Assembly (NCBI GenBank): GCA_963749085.1
Contig: CAVVLG010000003.1
Location: 80,235 to 144,234 of the forward strand
Origin: Candidatus Adlerbacteria bacterium
GTDB taxonomy: Bacteria > Patescibacteriota > Minisyncoccia > Phycocordibacterales > SBAW01
Reading direction: 5' to 3'
DNA: 64,000 bases
The position numbers and the translations under genes are program-made. The notes beneath the pieces were generated by a model. That model worked only from the letters and a program-made list of their open reading frames with translations, was not told the DNA's origin and did no database searches. This document shows positions 47,777-57,700 of the stretch, piece after piece; the stretch's first letter is position 1; each line of letters starts with the position of its first letter.

Positions 47777-48046
47777 GTGGACTGGACAATTTCTCTCTCG
47801 CGTCAGGCCGACAAATTTCTTCAGCAAAGACATCTGCCCGATGAATTTGCTATCGAGCCAGTGAAAAGAGCTATTCGCAAGCTCTCGGGCGAGACAGTCG
47901 CTATCAATTTAAAGAAACTTACGGGCAAATGGGGAGGTTGTTACCGTGCTCGAGTCGGCAAAGTTCGCGTCATTTTTTCAATAGAGTTTGAAGAGCACAG
48001 CGTGCTTATCGAGGTTGTGGACAACCGTAGCAGTGCATATCACTAA
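47777..48046 (+). CDS. RelE/ParE-family type II toxin
   Basis: 'LTGKWGGCYRARVGKVRVIFSIEFEEHSVLIEVVDNRSSAY' matches the RelE/ParE core (G.YR.R.G.YR.IY.I....V.V..I.HR..Y). Confidence 0.6.
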   Translation: MDWTISLSRQADKFLQQRHLPDEFAIEPVKRAIRKLSGETVAINLKKLTGKWGGCYRARVGKVRVIFSIEFEEHSVLIEVVDNRSSAYH

Positions 48047-48169
48047 AACGTTCAAGTGACCGAGCGGCTTCGCGATTTATGCAGTAGTGAGTGGCAGAAT
48101 GCAGTTAATATGGTACGCACCACTCGGGCGCTATTCATGTCAGAGTACAAACAACGCAAGCTTGTCTAT

Positions 48170-48562
48170 TTATTTGGTCTCCGTCGAGTTATCTTCTTCA
48201 AATTCGAACCAATCTCCTTTGCCTACTAATGTATCATCTGGTTGTTCAGTGAGGAATCGATCTAAATCCGTGTGAATAGTGGTATTCGGTAAATATAGAG
48301 TCACGATGTTTTTCCAATGGTTGTCACCCTCCCCAAATTTAATGCGCATGTCGCCCATTTGTCCTTTGTGAAGACCCTCAATTAATCCGTCACCACCGTC
48401 TCTGATGATAGAAGAAATTCCCAACTTACCTGCCAAGTCAGCCAATGAATTAAGAGTCGAAAAGTCGGACGACCATTCAGTCTGCAAGACTTGATACTTC
48501 CTCATCTTCTCTGTCGAAGAAGCTGGTTCTTTTGATTCGCCCGATTTAAATTTTTCCATCAT
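48170..48562 (-). CDS. hypothetical protein
   Basis: 130-aa acidic soluble protein; no motifs. Confidence 0.35.
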   Translation of the reverse strand: MMEKFKSGESKEPASSTEKMRKYQVLQTEWSSDFSTLNSLADLAGKLGISSIIRDGGDGLIEGLHKGQMGDMRIKFGEGDNHWKNIVTLYLPNTTIHTDLDRFLTEQPDDTLVGKGDWFEFEEDNSTETK

Positions 48563-48733
48563 AAAATAAACTTCAAATGAGTAATGGCTTAAGTATGCGG
48601 GGGGGTAGAAATGTCAAACTCCCTATACACATCCAGACCGAACAGGCTAACTCTGCTATATTGAAAGTCTCAGGAAAACGCTTGCGGGATCTCACCAACA
48701 CAGGGTCGAGACCGAACAGGGGCACTAAGCACT

Positions 48734-49129
48734 CTACAGCCACCCGAACAGTGCTTGATAGAAGTGTATGAGCCAGTTTTGGCCAGGGGCGCTCGTGGGC
48801 GTCGTCGAAGCGGCGCTGGTTACGATTTCAATCTCCCCCTCCCCTGGTTTGGCGACGCCGTAGCGCTCCCGCAGTTGTGTCTCAACCCCAAGAGGGGTAT
48901 TGAGCTCAGCGACCGCACTGCTCACCTGCACCTCCTGTGCTTGAAGCGAGGCAAGTTGTTGTTGAACTTCGGCGTCGCTGGTGGCGGCCTCGGAGAACTT
49001 CTGATACATGCCCCAGGTACCGCGCACGGCGAAAAAAGTCACGAAGAGAAGCGCCAGCAAGGCCCCTGCGCTTATGCACACGCGCAATATTTTTTCTCCT
49101 CGGCCGCGTTGCCTCTTGAAATCGCGCAT
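48734..49129 (-). CDS. ftsB: septum formation initiator FtsB/DivIC-like
   Basis: N-terminal TM 'ISAGALLALLFVTFFAV', coiled coil 'VQQQLASLQAQEVQ', conserved 'LRERYGVAKPGE' tail. Confidence 0.6.
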   Translation of the reverse strand: MRDFKRQRGRGEKILRVCISAGALLALLFVTFFAVRGTWGMYQKFSEAATSDAEVQQQLASLQAQEVQVSSAVAELNTPLGVETQLRERYGVAKPGEGEIEIVTSAASTTPTSAPGQNWLIHFYQALFGWL

Positions 49130-49267
49130 ATAAATAGTATACTACTAGCCACTAGTACTATGTTTGGAAAGGACCGCCAGAAAATATTGAAAATCGCCGC
49201 CATCGTGGTCGGTGTGGTGATCATCATCTCGATGATCCTCTCCTATTTCGCCCTGGTGATATAAGAG

Positions 49268-51040
49268 TCACTCCGACTTCACCATTCTCAAAAACACTTC
49301 TTCAGGAATGTTGACCCGGCCGCGGCTCAGCATCTTTTTTTTTCCTTTCTTCTGTTTTTCCCTCAATTTCATTTTTCGCGTAATATCTCCCCCGTACATA
49401 TGTTGCGTCACGTCTTTGCTCATGGCGGAGAGCGTGCGCGAGGAGAGAATGCGCCCCAGCGCTTGACCTTGTATTTTGGTTGAAAACATTTGCCGCGGTA
49501 AGATAGTATACAATTTCTCGACCGCCGCGACGGCCTCTTCGTATGCCCGATGCTTTGCCACGATGCGGGTAAACGCGGGAACCAGTTCCTCGGCAACCAG
49601 AATATCGAGCCGCACCACATCTGCTTCGCGCAATTCCCGCATTTCATAGGAAATGGAAGCATAGCCCGAGGAAGCGCTTTTTAATTTATCAAAAAAATTG
49701 CGCATGAGTTCCCGCAACGGCATCAGTGTCTTCACTATGAGGCGCCCTTCAGAGAAGGTTTCGGTAGATTCTACTACTACCTCGTGCTCATACAAAAGCG
49801 GCGTGATAGCACCAAGATATTCCGCCGGAAGGATTATTTCCGTTGCGACAAAAGGCTCCCACACTTTGACGACTTCGCTGAAGTCAGGAAAGAGCGGAGG
49901 CGAGTACACCGTTTTACGCTTTCCCCCCACTACCTCGACTTCATAGGTGATGGTCGGCGTCGTTACGATGAGCCTAAGATTGAACTCACGCCGCAAACGC
50001 TCAGTCACTATCTCAAGGTGGAGCATGCCGAGGAATCCGCAGCGAAATCCCCTGCCTAAAATCCCAGACGATTCCTCCTCAAAGGAGAGCGAGGAGTCGG
50101 AGAGCCTCAACTTCGAGAGCCCCTGGCGCAGGAGGGTAAAATCGTCCTGGCTCTCGGGATATACAGAGGCCCAAACGACCGGCCGCGGCTCGGCATAGCC
50201 CTCAAGCGGCGGGGTTTTGGAACCACGAGCGCGCAGGGTATCGCCTACCCGCGCAAATCCCGGCTCTTTGATGCCAGTGACAATGTAGCCTATGGAGCCA
50301 GCCGATAACCTATCGGTGGGCATGGGTTTGGGAGAGAATATGCCACTCTCAAGTGCCACAAACTTCTTGTCGCTGGCCGCAAATTCCAGGGCGTCGCCTT
50401 TTTGTATGTCGCCGCCGAACATACGCAAATAAATAATAACGCCCTGATGATCGGAATATTGGAAATCGAAGATAAGCGCGCGCGGAGTTTGTAATTCAGA
50501 GGTGGTAGGCGGAGGAACTCTCTCGATAACCGCTTGCAGGAGCGCGTCGACTCCCTCCCCTGTTTTGCCGGAGCATAAAAGAATGTCCTCTTGCGGAATA
50601 TCAAGAAGCGTAGCGACTTGGACTTTCACGTCCTCAACTCGCGCCAGGGGAGAGTCGATTTTCGAAATGGCGGGAACGATGACGAGTCCGAGCTCGCGCG
50701 CGCTGCGCAAGGTAGTTAAGGTCTGCGCCTGAACACCTTGGGTCGAATCGACCAGCAAGATAGCTCCTTCGACCGCCGTGAGCGCACGCGACACTTCATA
50801 GGAGAAATCGATGTGACCCGGCGTATCGATGAGATTGAGTTCGTATCCCTTGTAGGTCATTCGCACCGGCTGCATTTTTATAGTGATGCCGCGCTCCCGT
50901 TCAAGCTCCATTGAGTCGAGCACTTGCTCGCGCATTTTGCGTTTTTCGATGGTATTGGTTATTTCCAAAAACCGATCGGCAAGCGTCGATTTTCCGTGGT
51001 CGATATGGGCGATAATGCTGAAGTTTCTTATGTGCCGCAT
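49268..51040 (-). CDS. lepA: elongation factor 4
   Basis: 'NFSIIAHIDHGKSTLADR' G1 motif plus the LepA-specific C-terminal domain; 590 aa. Confidence 0.92.
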   Translation of the reverse strand: MRHIRNFSIIAHIDHGKSTLADRFLEITNTIEKRKMREQVLDSMELERERGITIKMQPVRMTYKGYELNLIDTPGHIDFSYEVSRALTAVEGAILLVDSTQGVQAQTLTTLRSARELGLVIVPAISKIDSPLARVEDVKVQVATLLDIPQEDILLCSGKTGEGVDALLQAVIERVPPPTTSELQTPRALIFDFQYSDHQGVIIYLRMFGGDIQKGDALEFAASDKKFVALESGIFSPKPMPTDRLSAGSIGYIVTGIKEPGFARVGDTLRARGSKTPPLEGYAEPRPVVWASVYPESQDDFTLLRQGLSKLRLSDSSLSFEEESSGILGRGFRCGFLGMLHLEIVTERLRREFNLRLIVTTPTITYEVEVVGGKRKTVYSPPLFPDFSEVVKVWEPFVATEIILPAEYLGAITPLLYEHEVVVESTETFSEGRLIVKTLMPLRELMRNFFDKLKSASSGYASISYEMRELREADVVRLDILVAEELVPAFTRIVAKHRAYEEAVAAVEKLYTILPRQMFSTKIQGQALGRILSSRTLSAMSKDVTQHMYGGDITRKMKLREKQKKGKKKMLSRGRVNIPEEVFLRMVKSE

Positions 51041-51076
51041 CAGAGCACTCTACCTTTTTTATTTCCTACCGCCAAC

Positions 51077-52765
51077 TTACGAGGAAATGTCCGAGGGCTC
51101 CAGCACCACCGGTGGCGCGTCTATAAATCTTCGCATGAGCGCGGCGAGAGCTTCATGCAATTCGGGATTTTTTAAAAGCCACAAAAAGAATACGGTGACC
51201 GCAAGCCCCACCGTGCCCGCGAGCGCGCCTTGGAGTACTAGAATCAGCGTCTTGTCGATGGTTCCCGCCACACCGGTAAGGAATAAAATGCCGTAGGTTA
51301 CCGCGGCGCCGAGGACCGAGGCCGAAAAACTCTGAAACGTAAGCCGTACAATAGAGCCGTGCGAGATGCCGAAGTCACGTCTGAAGAACACAAACGTCAC
51401 CGCGAACTCCGCTATAGAGCCGCAGGCAAAGCCGAGCGCGAGCATCAAAACGGTGGTACCCGGAATATCAGACACGCGAAAGAGGGCTTCGATAAAATTG
51501 CGGATAAACACACTTGAATGAAAGAGAGCTATAAAGGCAATGGAGCTTCCGATGGAGACGACCACGTCAATGAGCCCAAAGTAGAAAGGCTTCCTCGTAT
51601 TGCCTATGGCAAAGTACGCCCGCGCTATGACCAATGACATCGATTGCGCGGCGATGGAGATAATGAAGAGCGCAAGCGCGGCAGCCGTGAGCCTCGTATC
51701 GTCCCAATTAAAGGCACCGGCGCCGAGTATCACGCGAACCAGCTGTGCGCGCATCACGATGACGAACACCATGACCGGTATCGACCAAAAAAGGACGTGC
51801 CGGAGCGCTGCTTCAATATGCTTCTTGAATTCATGTGTATTCCCCTGCGCATGCAGTCTCGCCAGCGTCGGAAATACGGCGATGGAATAGGAAACACCAA
51901 TAACGGTAAGCGGCACCGCCTGCAGGTTATAGGCGAACGTAAAAATAGCGATCGAACCCGCGGAGAGAAGCGACGCCAACGCAACGAGCGCTAGGAGTGA
52001 AATTTGTCCGGCCGCAAGAGAGAGTGTGCGCGGGACGCTGAGAACCAAGACCTGGGAAAATTCCTTGAGCAGTGTGTTGAGCGGCATGTGCTCGGAAGCC
52101 TTCTCGGAGAAAAAGAACGGCAATTGTATGCTCATGTGCATGACGGCGCCAAATACCACTCCCCACCCCAATCCCGCCAAGCCAAAATACGGGTAGAGTA
52201 CCACCGCGCCGAAGATAATGCCGAGATTATACAGCAGAGGCGACACGGAGTAGAGAATGAACCGATGCCGCAGTTGCGTGAACGATGCCAAGGTATTTGA
52301 AGCGCCGAGGAATATCGGCTGCAAGAGCAGAATGCGGATAAGGAGTATGAGCTGTGCGTGCGATGTCGGATCCGTAGTGAGCCCGGGTGCTACTCCAATA
52401 GCCAGGAGCGGCGCAAAAATAAAAAGGATGCCTGCAAGAAGAGACATCCCGACTAAAAACACCACGAGCGTGTCGCGCAAAAACGAAATGACCATTCCTT
52501 CCTCGCGCTCCTGAAGGCGCGAGAGCACCGGCAAAAGCGCATAGAGGGAGAGGAGTGAGGCAACGGTGGCAAAAAGAAAATCCGGGACGCGGAACGCCGC
52601 ATAGTAGAGGTCGAGCGTATGGGACGCGCCGAAGCTGGCCGCCAATATCCTGTCGCGCAGAAGCGCGAGGAGTTGCGAGGCGAGCGCAAAACCCGCCAGC
52701 ACGTAGGCGGCTTCATGCATTCCCCGCACTTCTTTGCCAATTGCGGAGAAAAAACGCGGAATCAT
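51077..52765 (-). CDS. murJ: lipid II flippase MurJ/MviN
   Basis: 562 aa, 14-TM MOP-superfamily profile with 'ASFGASHTLDLYYAAFRVPDFLF' N-terminal signature. Confidence 0.85.
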   Translation of the reverse strand: MIPRFFSAIGKEVRGMHEAAYVLAGFALASQLLALLRDRILAASFGASHTLDLYYAAFRVPDFLFATVASLLSLYALLPVLSRLQEREEGMVISFLRDTLVVFLVGMSLLAGILFIFAPLLAIGVAPGLTTDPTSHAQLILLIRILLLQPIFLGASNTLASFTQLRHRFILYSVSPLLYNLGIIFGAVVLYPYFGLAGLGWGVVFGAVMHMSIQLPFFFSEKASEHMPLNTLLKEFSQVLVLSVPRTLSLAAGQISLLALVALASLLSAGSIAIFTFAYNLQAVPLTVIGVSYSIAVFPTLARLHAQGNTHEFKKHIEAALRHVLFWSIPVMVFVIVMRAQLVRVILGAGAFNWDDTRLTAAALALFIISIAAQSMSLVIARAYFAIGNTRKPFYFGLIDVVVSIGSSIAFIALFHSSVFIRNFIEALFRVSDIPGTTVLMLALGFACGSIAEFAVTFVFFRRDFGISHGSIVRLTFQSFSASVLGAAVTYGILFLTGVAGTIDKTLILVLQGALAGTVGLAVTVFFLWLLKNPELHEALAALMRRFIDAPPVVLEPSDISS

Positions 52766-52785
52766 TGCGGCTATTGTACTCTAGG

Positions 52786-55152
52786 TTACTCCGAAACGGG
52801 AGCGGTCGTACTGTTCTGCGGTGTGGACGTCACCGGGGGTTTCGCCCCGGTAAAGGGCGGCTTGCCCGTCTCTAGATTGCCCAAAATAAGCTCTACCTGG
52901 GAGTTGCCGGGGTTGGATTGGTTCAGAGCCTGGAACAGTTGTATCGCAGTCGCCGTATTACCCAGCGCGTAATCCGCGAGTCCGAGGAAATACTGCGCGT
53001 TGGCGTAGTTGGGCACTATGTCAATCGCCTGCTGAAGCGCTTGCGCTGCCGGGGACATATCACCGGCCGAGTAATAGAGGAGCCCGAGTTCGAACCATAT
53101 CGGACCCACCCCGGGAGCGGTTTGTGCGGCGGCAGTGGCTGCCCTTATCGCGCTTTGGATGTCGTTATTGGCTACATCAAGCTGCACCACGAGAAGAATA
53201 GCGTCGGTGTAATTCGGTTTGAGCGTCAGGGCTTCCGAAAGATCGCTGGTCGTCTTTGCTTGGTCGCCGGCGGCGGCTTCAAGCCGCGCCTCTGCCAAGG
53301 GTATCGCCGGGTTGGTCGGATCCTGCGCTGCGGCAGCTTGATAGGTCGTCAATGCGGTTTGCGAAGCCCCTTGGACATTAAGTGTTGATAAGTAGTCATA
53401 CACCTCAGCAAGTGCAAGCGTCGGACGGTAGTCATGGGGATTAAGCGCCTCTGCTTTTTGTGCGGCCACAATGGCAGCTTCTACCGTTGTCGCGAACTCT
53501 TGCTGGAGCGTTGCCGCGGGCGTTGAAGTCTCGGCGGCTATCTGCTGGAGCTTGGTCGTATCGGCTTGGACCAAGAGCCTGAGCGCATCGCCCGTAGTAT
53601 CGAACTGTTGCGCGCGGGTCGCATCTGCTATAGCCTCATCCGCCGTGCCGTTTGAGAGTACGTCGGTCCCTTTCCCGACGTACGCTTCCGCGACGAGTCT
53701 TCGTCCGCTCGCCACACTCACCCACAGTGAAAGCACCACGAGCACCACTGCTATACCGGCGGTATATACCTGCCAGAGGCGCGATTCCTCCCCTACTTCA
53801 ACGCTGCTTTGACCTTGTCTCCAGAGGAAGCCGAACGTGGCACCCGCAAGCATGAATCCCAAAAGTATGATGTTTTGACTCGGCACGTAGAAGAGAATGG
53901 CACACCACAGATAGAGGCTTGCGATGCCGAGCGTCACTGCCACTATTCTATCCTCGCGATTGAGAACCCCGAGGCGGGTGACCCTGATAAGCGCGGCGAG
54001 TATCAGGAATAGAGGTATAAGCCAGGCTATGACGCCGAGGAGTCCAACTGAGCCGAGCGCCGTTATGATGGTGGAAAAGCCGACATTGAAATCAAGATCC
54101 CAAAATTCCGACTGGTTGACCGCTGACGGACGCAGGAGATCCCATTCCTCGCCGAATGTGTTTGGTCCCGTGCCCACCAGGACACGTGAGAAGGAATTTC
54201 CGCGCGCCGTATCTATCATGGAGAGCGTTGTGGCATAGGAGGGTCGCACCTCAAGGGAGGAAACGGGAAAGAGAGTGGTTAAATTCGTATTGACGGTAGA
54301 GCCGAAGAATAGAAACAGGACTGACACAACGGCCGCCACTATCGAAAACCAGGGGGCCCTTCTAGTCCAGGTCTCCCTAAGAGATGCGGGGGGGTCGGTT
54401 TCTTGAATACTTCGCTCACTCAGTATGCGCACTGTGCCGAGAATAACGGAGAACCCAAGGATAAGCCCCCATACGAGCGGGAAGTTTATGATGCCGAGGA
54501 GTATCGCGAGAATGAGGCATGCGACGCCGGCAACCACGCGCCACAAAATGGACACCGTCATAAGCTCAACCTGCGCCAAAAAGAGCATGACGAGAAGTCC
54601 TACAATAAGGCCGAGATCGTTCCATTTGCCGACCAGGTTTACCGAGCGGTCGGCAAAGCTCGCGAACGGAATAGCCGCCGAACCAAAGACAATAGAGACG
54701 CACTGAAAGAGCGCTGCCGCTATAAGCGCCCAGAAGAGGACCGTAAGCAGGAGTCGGACACCCCGCAGCGTTCGGAAGAGCGCGAAGGCGAGCAGAAACG
54801 CCAAAAATAGGAACACAGCGAATAGCACCGTGTCGGGATCAATGCCAAAACCCGTGAGTGCCACGCTTCTATCTATGGAGAAGAACCACGAGATGAGGTA
54901 CGCGAGTGGAAGGAGCGCAACTAAAAGCGCTCCGTACAACCCGCGCGAGCGGATAAATTCTCGCATGCCGCCTCCCCACGCGAACAAGACCAGCGCGAAA
55001 AGGAGAAACACCGCGAACACCGTGACCTTTAATAATTGGAACGGAAACCATGCGGTCGGGACGACCAGTACCAAGGCAAGCACCATGCCTGCGAGGTAGA
55101 GGTATCGCGACCACGAGAGTAGCCTCGAATACATATTCGATTCGATTAACAA
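52786..55152 (-). CDS. O-antigen ligase (Wzy_C)-like polytopic membrane protein fused to C-terminal TPR repeats
   Basis: About 12 TM helices with a large periplasmic loop in the Wzy_C region; C-terminal third is Ala-rich TPR ('AQYFLGLADYALGNTATAIQLFQALN'). Confidence 0.65.
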   Translation of the reverse strand: MLIESNMYSRLLSWSRYLYLAGMVLALVLVVPTAWFPFQLLKVTVFAVFLLFALVLFAWGGGMREFIRSRGLYGALLVALLPLAYLISWFFSIDRSVALTGFGIDPDTVLFAVFLFLAFLLAFALFRTLRGVRLLLTVLFWALIAAALFQCVSIVFGSAAIPFASFADRSVNLVGKWNDLGLIVGLLVMLFLAQVELMTVSILWRVVAGVACLILAILLGIINFPLVWGLILGFSVILGTVRILSERSIQETDPPASLRETWTRRAPWFSIVAAVVSVLFLFFGSTVNTNLTTLFPVSSLEVRPSYATTLSMIDTARGNSFSRVLVGTGPNTFGEEWDLLRPSAVNQSEFWDLDFNVGFSTIITALGSVGLLGVIAWLIPLFLILAALIRVTRLGVLNREDRIVAVTLGIASLYLWCAILFYVPSQNIILLGFMLAGATFGFLWRQGQSSVEVGEESRLWQVYTAGIAVVLVVLSLWVSVASGRRLVAEAYVGKGTDVLSNGTADEAIADATRAQQFDTTGDALRLLVQADTTKLQQIAAETSTPAATLQQEFATTVEAAIVAAQKAEALNPHDYRPTLALAEVYDYLSTLNVQGASQTALTTYQAAAAQDPTNPAIPLAEARLEAAAGDQAKTTSDLSEALTLKPNYTDAILLVVQLDVANNDIQSAIRAATAAAQTAPGVGPIWFELGLLYYSAGDMSPAAQALQQAIDIVPNYANAQYFLGLADYALGNTATAIQLFQALNQSNPGNSQVELILGNLETGKPPFTGAKPPVTSTPQNSTTAPVSE

Positions 55153-55247
55153 TTAATCGACTGCTATATAAAGGGGCGACTAACCCCCTGTTGTAGACCA
55201 GCCACATATAAGTATAGAACGATAATTTCTACCTGAAGCCACACCTG

Positions 55248-55287
55248 TGGAAAAGCAAATCCCCGCCTTTAGGGCAGGGATTCACAT
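55248..55287 (-). terminator. intrinsic terminator of rnpB
   Basis: CCCUGCC-CUAAAG-GCGGGG hairpin followed by AUUUGCUUUU. Confidence 0.55.
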
Positions 55288-55578
55288 CTAGCGCGCGCGT
55301 CTGTAAGCCGAATTCTGTCGTGAGCAGCAATTTATCTGGGACCTCGGTCGCCCGAAGCCTCAAGCGGCACCCTCCATTTCTGGAGTACGGCCTTGCACCT
55401 GGGTAAGGATTTTGCCGTTTCACCTCCACTCAAGGAGCTCGTCTCTGTTCGCACCTCTCGTGCCCGCCAGGAGCACGCGGCAGGGGTTACCTGCTACCTG
55501 TTATCGGCTTGCGCCGGATAAGTGTTCGGACTTTCCTCCCCTGCTCTTTCAAGCGGGGCTGCCACTCAACGCGCTGGG
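55288..55578 (-). ncRNA. rnpB: RNase P RNA (bacterial type A, compact)
   Basis: Minus-strand RNA carries CR-I 'GGAGGAAAGUCCGAAC', CR-II-like 'GGUGAAACGGC', CR-IV-like 'UGCAAGGCCGUA' and CR-V 'CACGACAGAAUUCGGCUUA'; the P4 strands co-vary (CCGAA/UUCGG versus E. coli CCGGG/CCCGG); P1 'CCAGCGCGU'/'ACGCGCGCG'; upstream TATACT -10 box. Confidence 0.8.
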
Positions 55579-55593
55579 GGACAGTATAGCACA

Positions 55594-56088
55594 CTACTGC
55601 CCAACGTGCAGGATATCTCCTGTGGCGATGTCATGTTGCGCCGCAAATCCCGCAGGGACTTCGAGCACGTAGAGAACCGGCTGCAATGGGTAGAAAACCT
55701 CAGGAGGATTGAGGAGGTACGTCGAAGGTGAGAGATCGCTGTCTATGGTGACGATTGTACCGTCTTGTACGGCAAAGAGCATGTCCAGAGAAAAACTCAT
55801 ATCCTTCATCCAAAAACCCGGTACGGTCGGTGAATCGAATACGAATAACATGCCGTGACCGGGCTGCAGTGAGCTGCGGCCGGAGAGTCCCTGCTCGCGT
55901 TCGGCCTCAGTGCTTGCAACTTCGGCAATCATAGTCGTCGTGCCTATAGTGACCGTGGTCGTTGGCAGGCCGGGGTTGGGCATAGTTTGAGGTGTAGGCC
56001 GGTATAACAGAAAAGAGGCGGCAAGTGCCAGCAAAAATAAAAGCAATACGCCGATACCCAACGTTCGTATATCCACTCTTATTGCCAC
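55594..56088 (-). CDS. DUF192 family protein
   Basis: 'GLSGRSSLQPGHGMLFVFDSPTVPGFWMKDMSFSLDMLF' DUF192/COG1430 core; a GTG start at 56088 avoids a 97-nt overlap that the ATG at 56175 would create. Confidence 0.55.
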   Translation of the reverse strand: MAIRVDIRTLGIGVLLLFLLALAASFLLYRPTPQTMPNPGLPTTTVTIGTTTMIAEVASTEAEREQGLSGRSSLQPGHGMLFVFDSPTVPGFWMKDMSFSLDMLFAVQDGTIVTIDSDLSPSTYLLNPPEVFYPLQPVLYVLEVPAGFAAQHDIATGDILHVGQ

Positions 56089-56486
56089 ATCCCTATTATA
56101 GCCGCCATGACAAGCAGCGATACCAGACGCTGCGAGATATTCAGAAGATAAAGTTTCCAGGAACTTTTTTCCCACAAAACTGGGTCAAGCATGGTCGTCG
56201 CGAAAAATCCGAGCCATATCCAAAAGCCCAATAGGAGCGCACCTATAAGATCTCCTGCGCCAAGCCATGCCGCGAACTCGGCAATAAAGAAGGCGGTTAC
56301 AAGCGACGCGATGAACTGGATGGCAAATTTGTCTGCCGGGAATTTCATACCCTTCATACTCGTCGGGTCCATGCCCCTCAGCATCATCCATTGTTTGCCG
56401 AAAAGCGGCCCGTACCATAGAAAGCCCACTACTATTGCCGCTATTGCTGCTACGATAACGGCGAGATAATTGACTTCGACTAACAT
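56079..56486 (-). CDS. DUF1761-like membrane protein
   Basis: 135 aa, 4 TM helices, 'GFLWYGPLFGKQWMML' N-terminal motif. Confidence 0.5.
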   Translation of the reverse strand: MLVEVNYLAVIVAAIAAIVVGFLWYGPLFGKQWMMLRGMDPTSMKGMKFPADKFAIQFIASLVTAFFIAEFAAWLGAGDLIGALLLGFWIWLGFFATTMLDPVLWEKSSWKLYLLNISQRLVSLLVMAAIIGMWQ

Positions 56487-56656
56487 ATATAGCTTCTGTT
56501 AACGATTAATAAGTCCGCTGTCAGTATAACAAAACTTACTGGGAGTGTGGGACGATATCCGAACGGGACTTAGTTTAGAGACGCGCTAGCAAAAACTATC
56601 TTGAGTGTATTGTTTTGCGTGGTACTATCTCCTATGGATAGAAAAGGAGCCGCATC

Positions 56657-57061
56657 ATGCAGAGGAAAGAGAAGTCGCCTTGGCAATTAGAAACCGACAG
56701 AATGGTTGCTAAGACTTACTACAGTCGCGCATTCTGGACTTCGCTCGCGCCTGCTCTCACATTGTTTTCCTTGATGTGCAGTAGTATCGGGAGAAATGGT
56801 GGAGATCCAATAAGATGGTTCACGCAACTCTGGATCCTACATTCATTGTGTCTCGTGTGCATACTGGGCCTTTTGTGCTTTGCGATCAGCGAGATCATTC
56901 AAGGCTTGCGCAAGGCCAGCAGATTTATGACACCCACGTACACTACGCGAGTAGTAGACGGACCTCGACCTGATGGAACCTGGACTGCAGAGCTCAGCAG
57001 AGACGGCATCTCTTACGGCCGCGTGGACGTGGGTTCCATATCGTCGCTGATTAAAAAATAA
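56657..57061 (+). CDS. hypothetical membrane protein
   Basis: Two predicted TM helices; no motifs; flanked by repeated 19-22-bp motifs. Confidence 0.35.
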   Translation: MQRKEKSPWQLETDRMVAKTYYSRAFWTSLAPALTLFSLMCSSIGRNGGDPIRWFTQLWILHSLCLVCILGLLCFAISEIIQGLRKASRFMTPTYTTRVVDGPRPDGTWTAELSRDGISYGRVDVGSISSLIKK

Positions 57062-57252
57062 AAACAAATTTCCTCTATGAGCTCTGTAATCTGCGGGGCT
57101 CTTTTTCTTTTAAGTTAGTTCGATACGCCCAAGACTTCTATCTGGAAAAGCTTTGTACTGTAACGAGCTGGGTGTCTGGTACGATGTTGGAACCATTTTG
57201 CAATAGGTCGGAAAGATTGTCCATATAACGTCATAGAAAAAGAAAGAGCGAT

Positions 57253-57283
57253 CATCGATTGATGATCGCTACAAAACAGATGA
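57253..57283 (-). terminator. intrinsic terminator
   Basis: 10-bp perfect stem agcgatcatc/gatgatcgct with 4-nt loop, then CUUUCUUUUUCU on the minus strand, just after the HTH gene stop. Confidence 0.5.
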
Positions 57284-57550
57284 TTATTTATTTAAATCTG
57301 AATGTTTCTTTGCTGACATGATAAGTTTGTCGATCGCTTTTGAATCCAGGGCGATCATTCGAAGATACAGATCTGTCGTTGAAGTGGGCTTGGCTCGGCC
57401 TTGTTCCCAGTTTCTTAAACTGGTCAAATCCATCCCATACCATTCAGAAAATTGAATCTGCGTCAGGGATAGCTTATTTCTCAGGGCTTTGAGTTCTTGA
57501 GAGTCCACTGGTTTCCAGTAAGGCCTGCTTATGCGACGGCTCATCGGCAT
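57284..57550 (-). CDS. XRE-family HTH protein (HigA-like / antitoxin-like)
   Basis: 'LSLTQIQFSEWYGMDLTSLRNWEQGRAKP' HTH_3 signature; 88 aa; no partner toxin seen. Confidence 0.6.
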   Translation of the reverse strand: MPMSRRISRPYWKPVDSQELKALRNKLSLTQIQFSEWYGMDLTSLRNWEQGRAKPTSTTDLYLRMIALDSKAIDKLIMSAKKHSDLNK

Positions 57551-57700
57551 CTCCCATCAATAACTGCACTAGAGAAGAAACTACAACAAATTATTTAAAA
57601 ACGCTAGCTGGCTGTCTGGGACGATATCCGAACGGAATTGATACTATAACAAAAGAAATGGCCGGACACCTGTGAGGGGCCGACCATAGAATCTTTGGGC

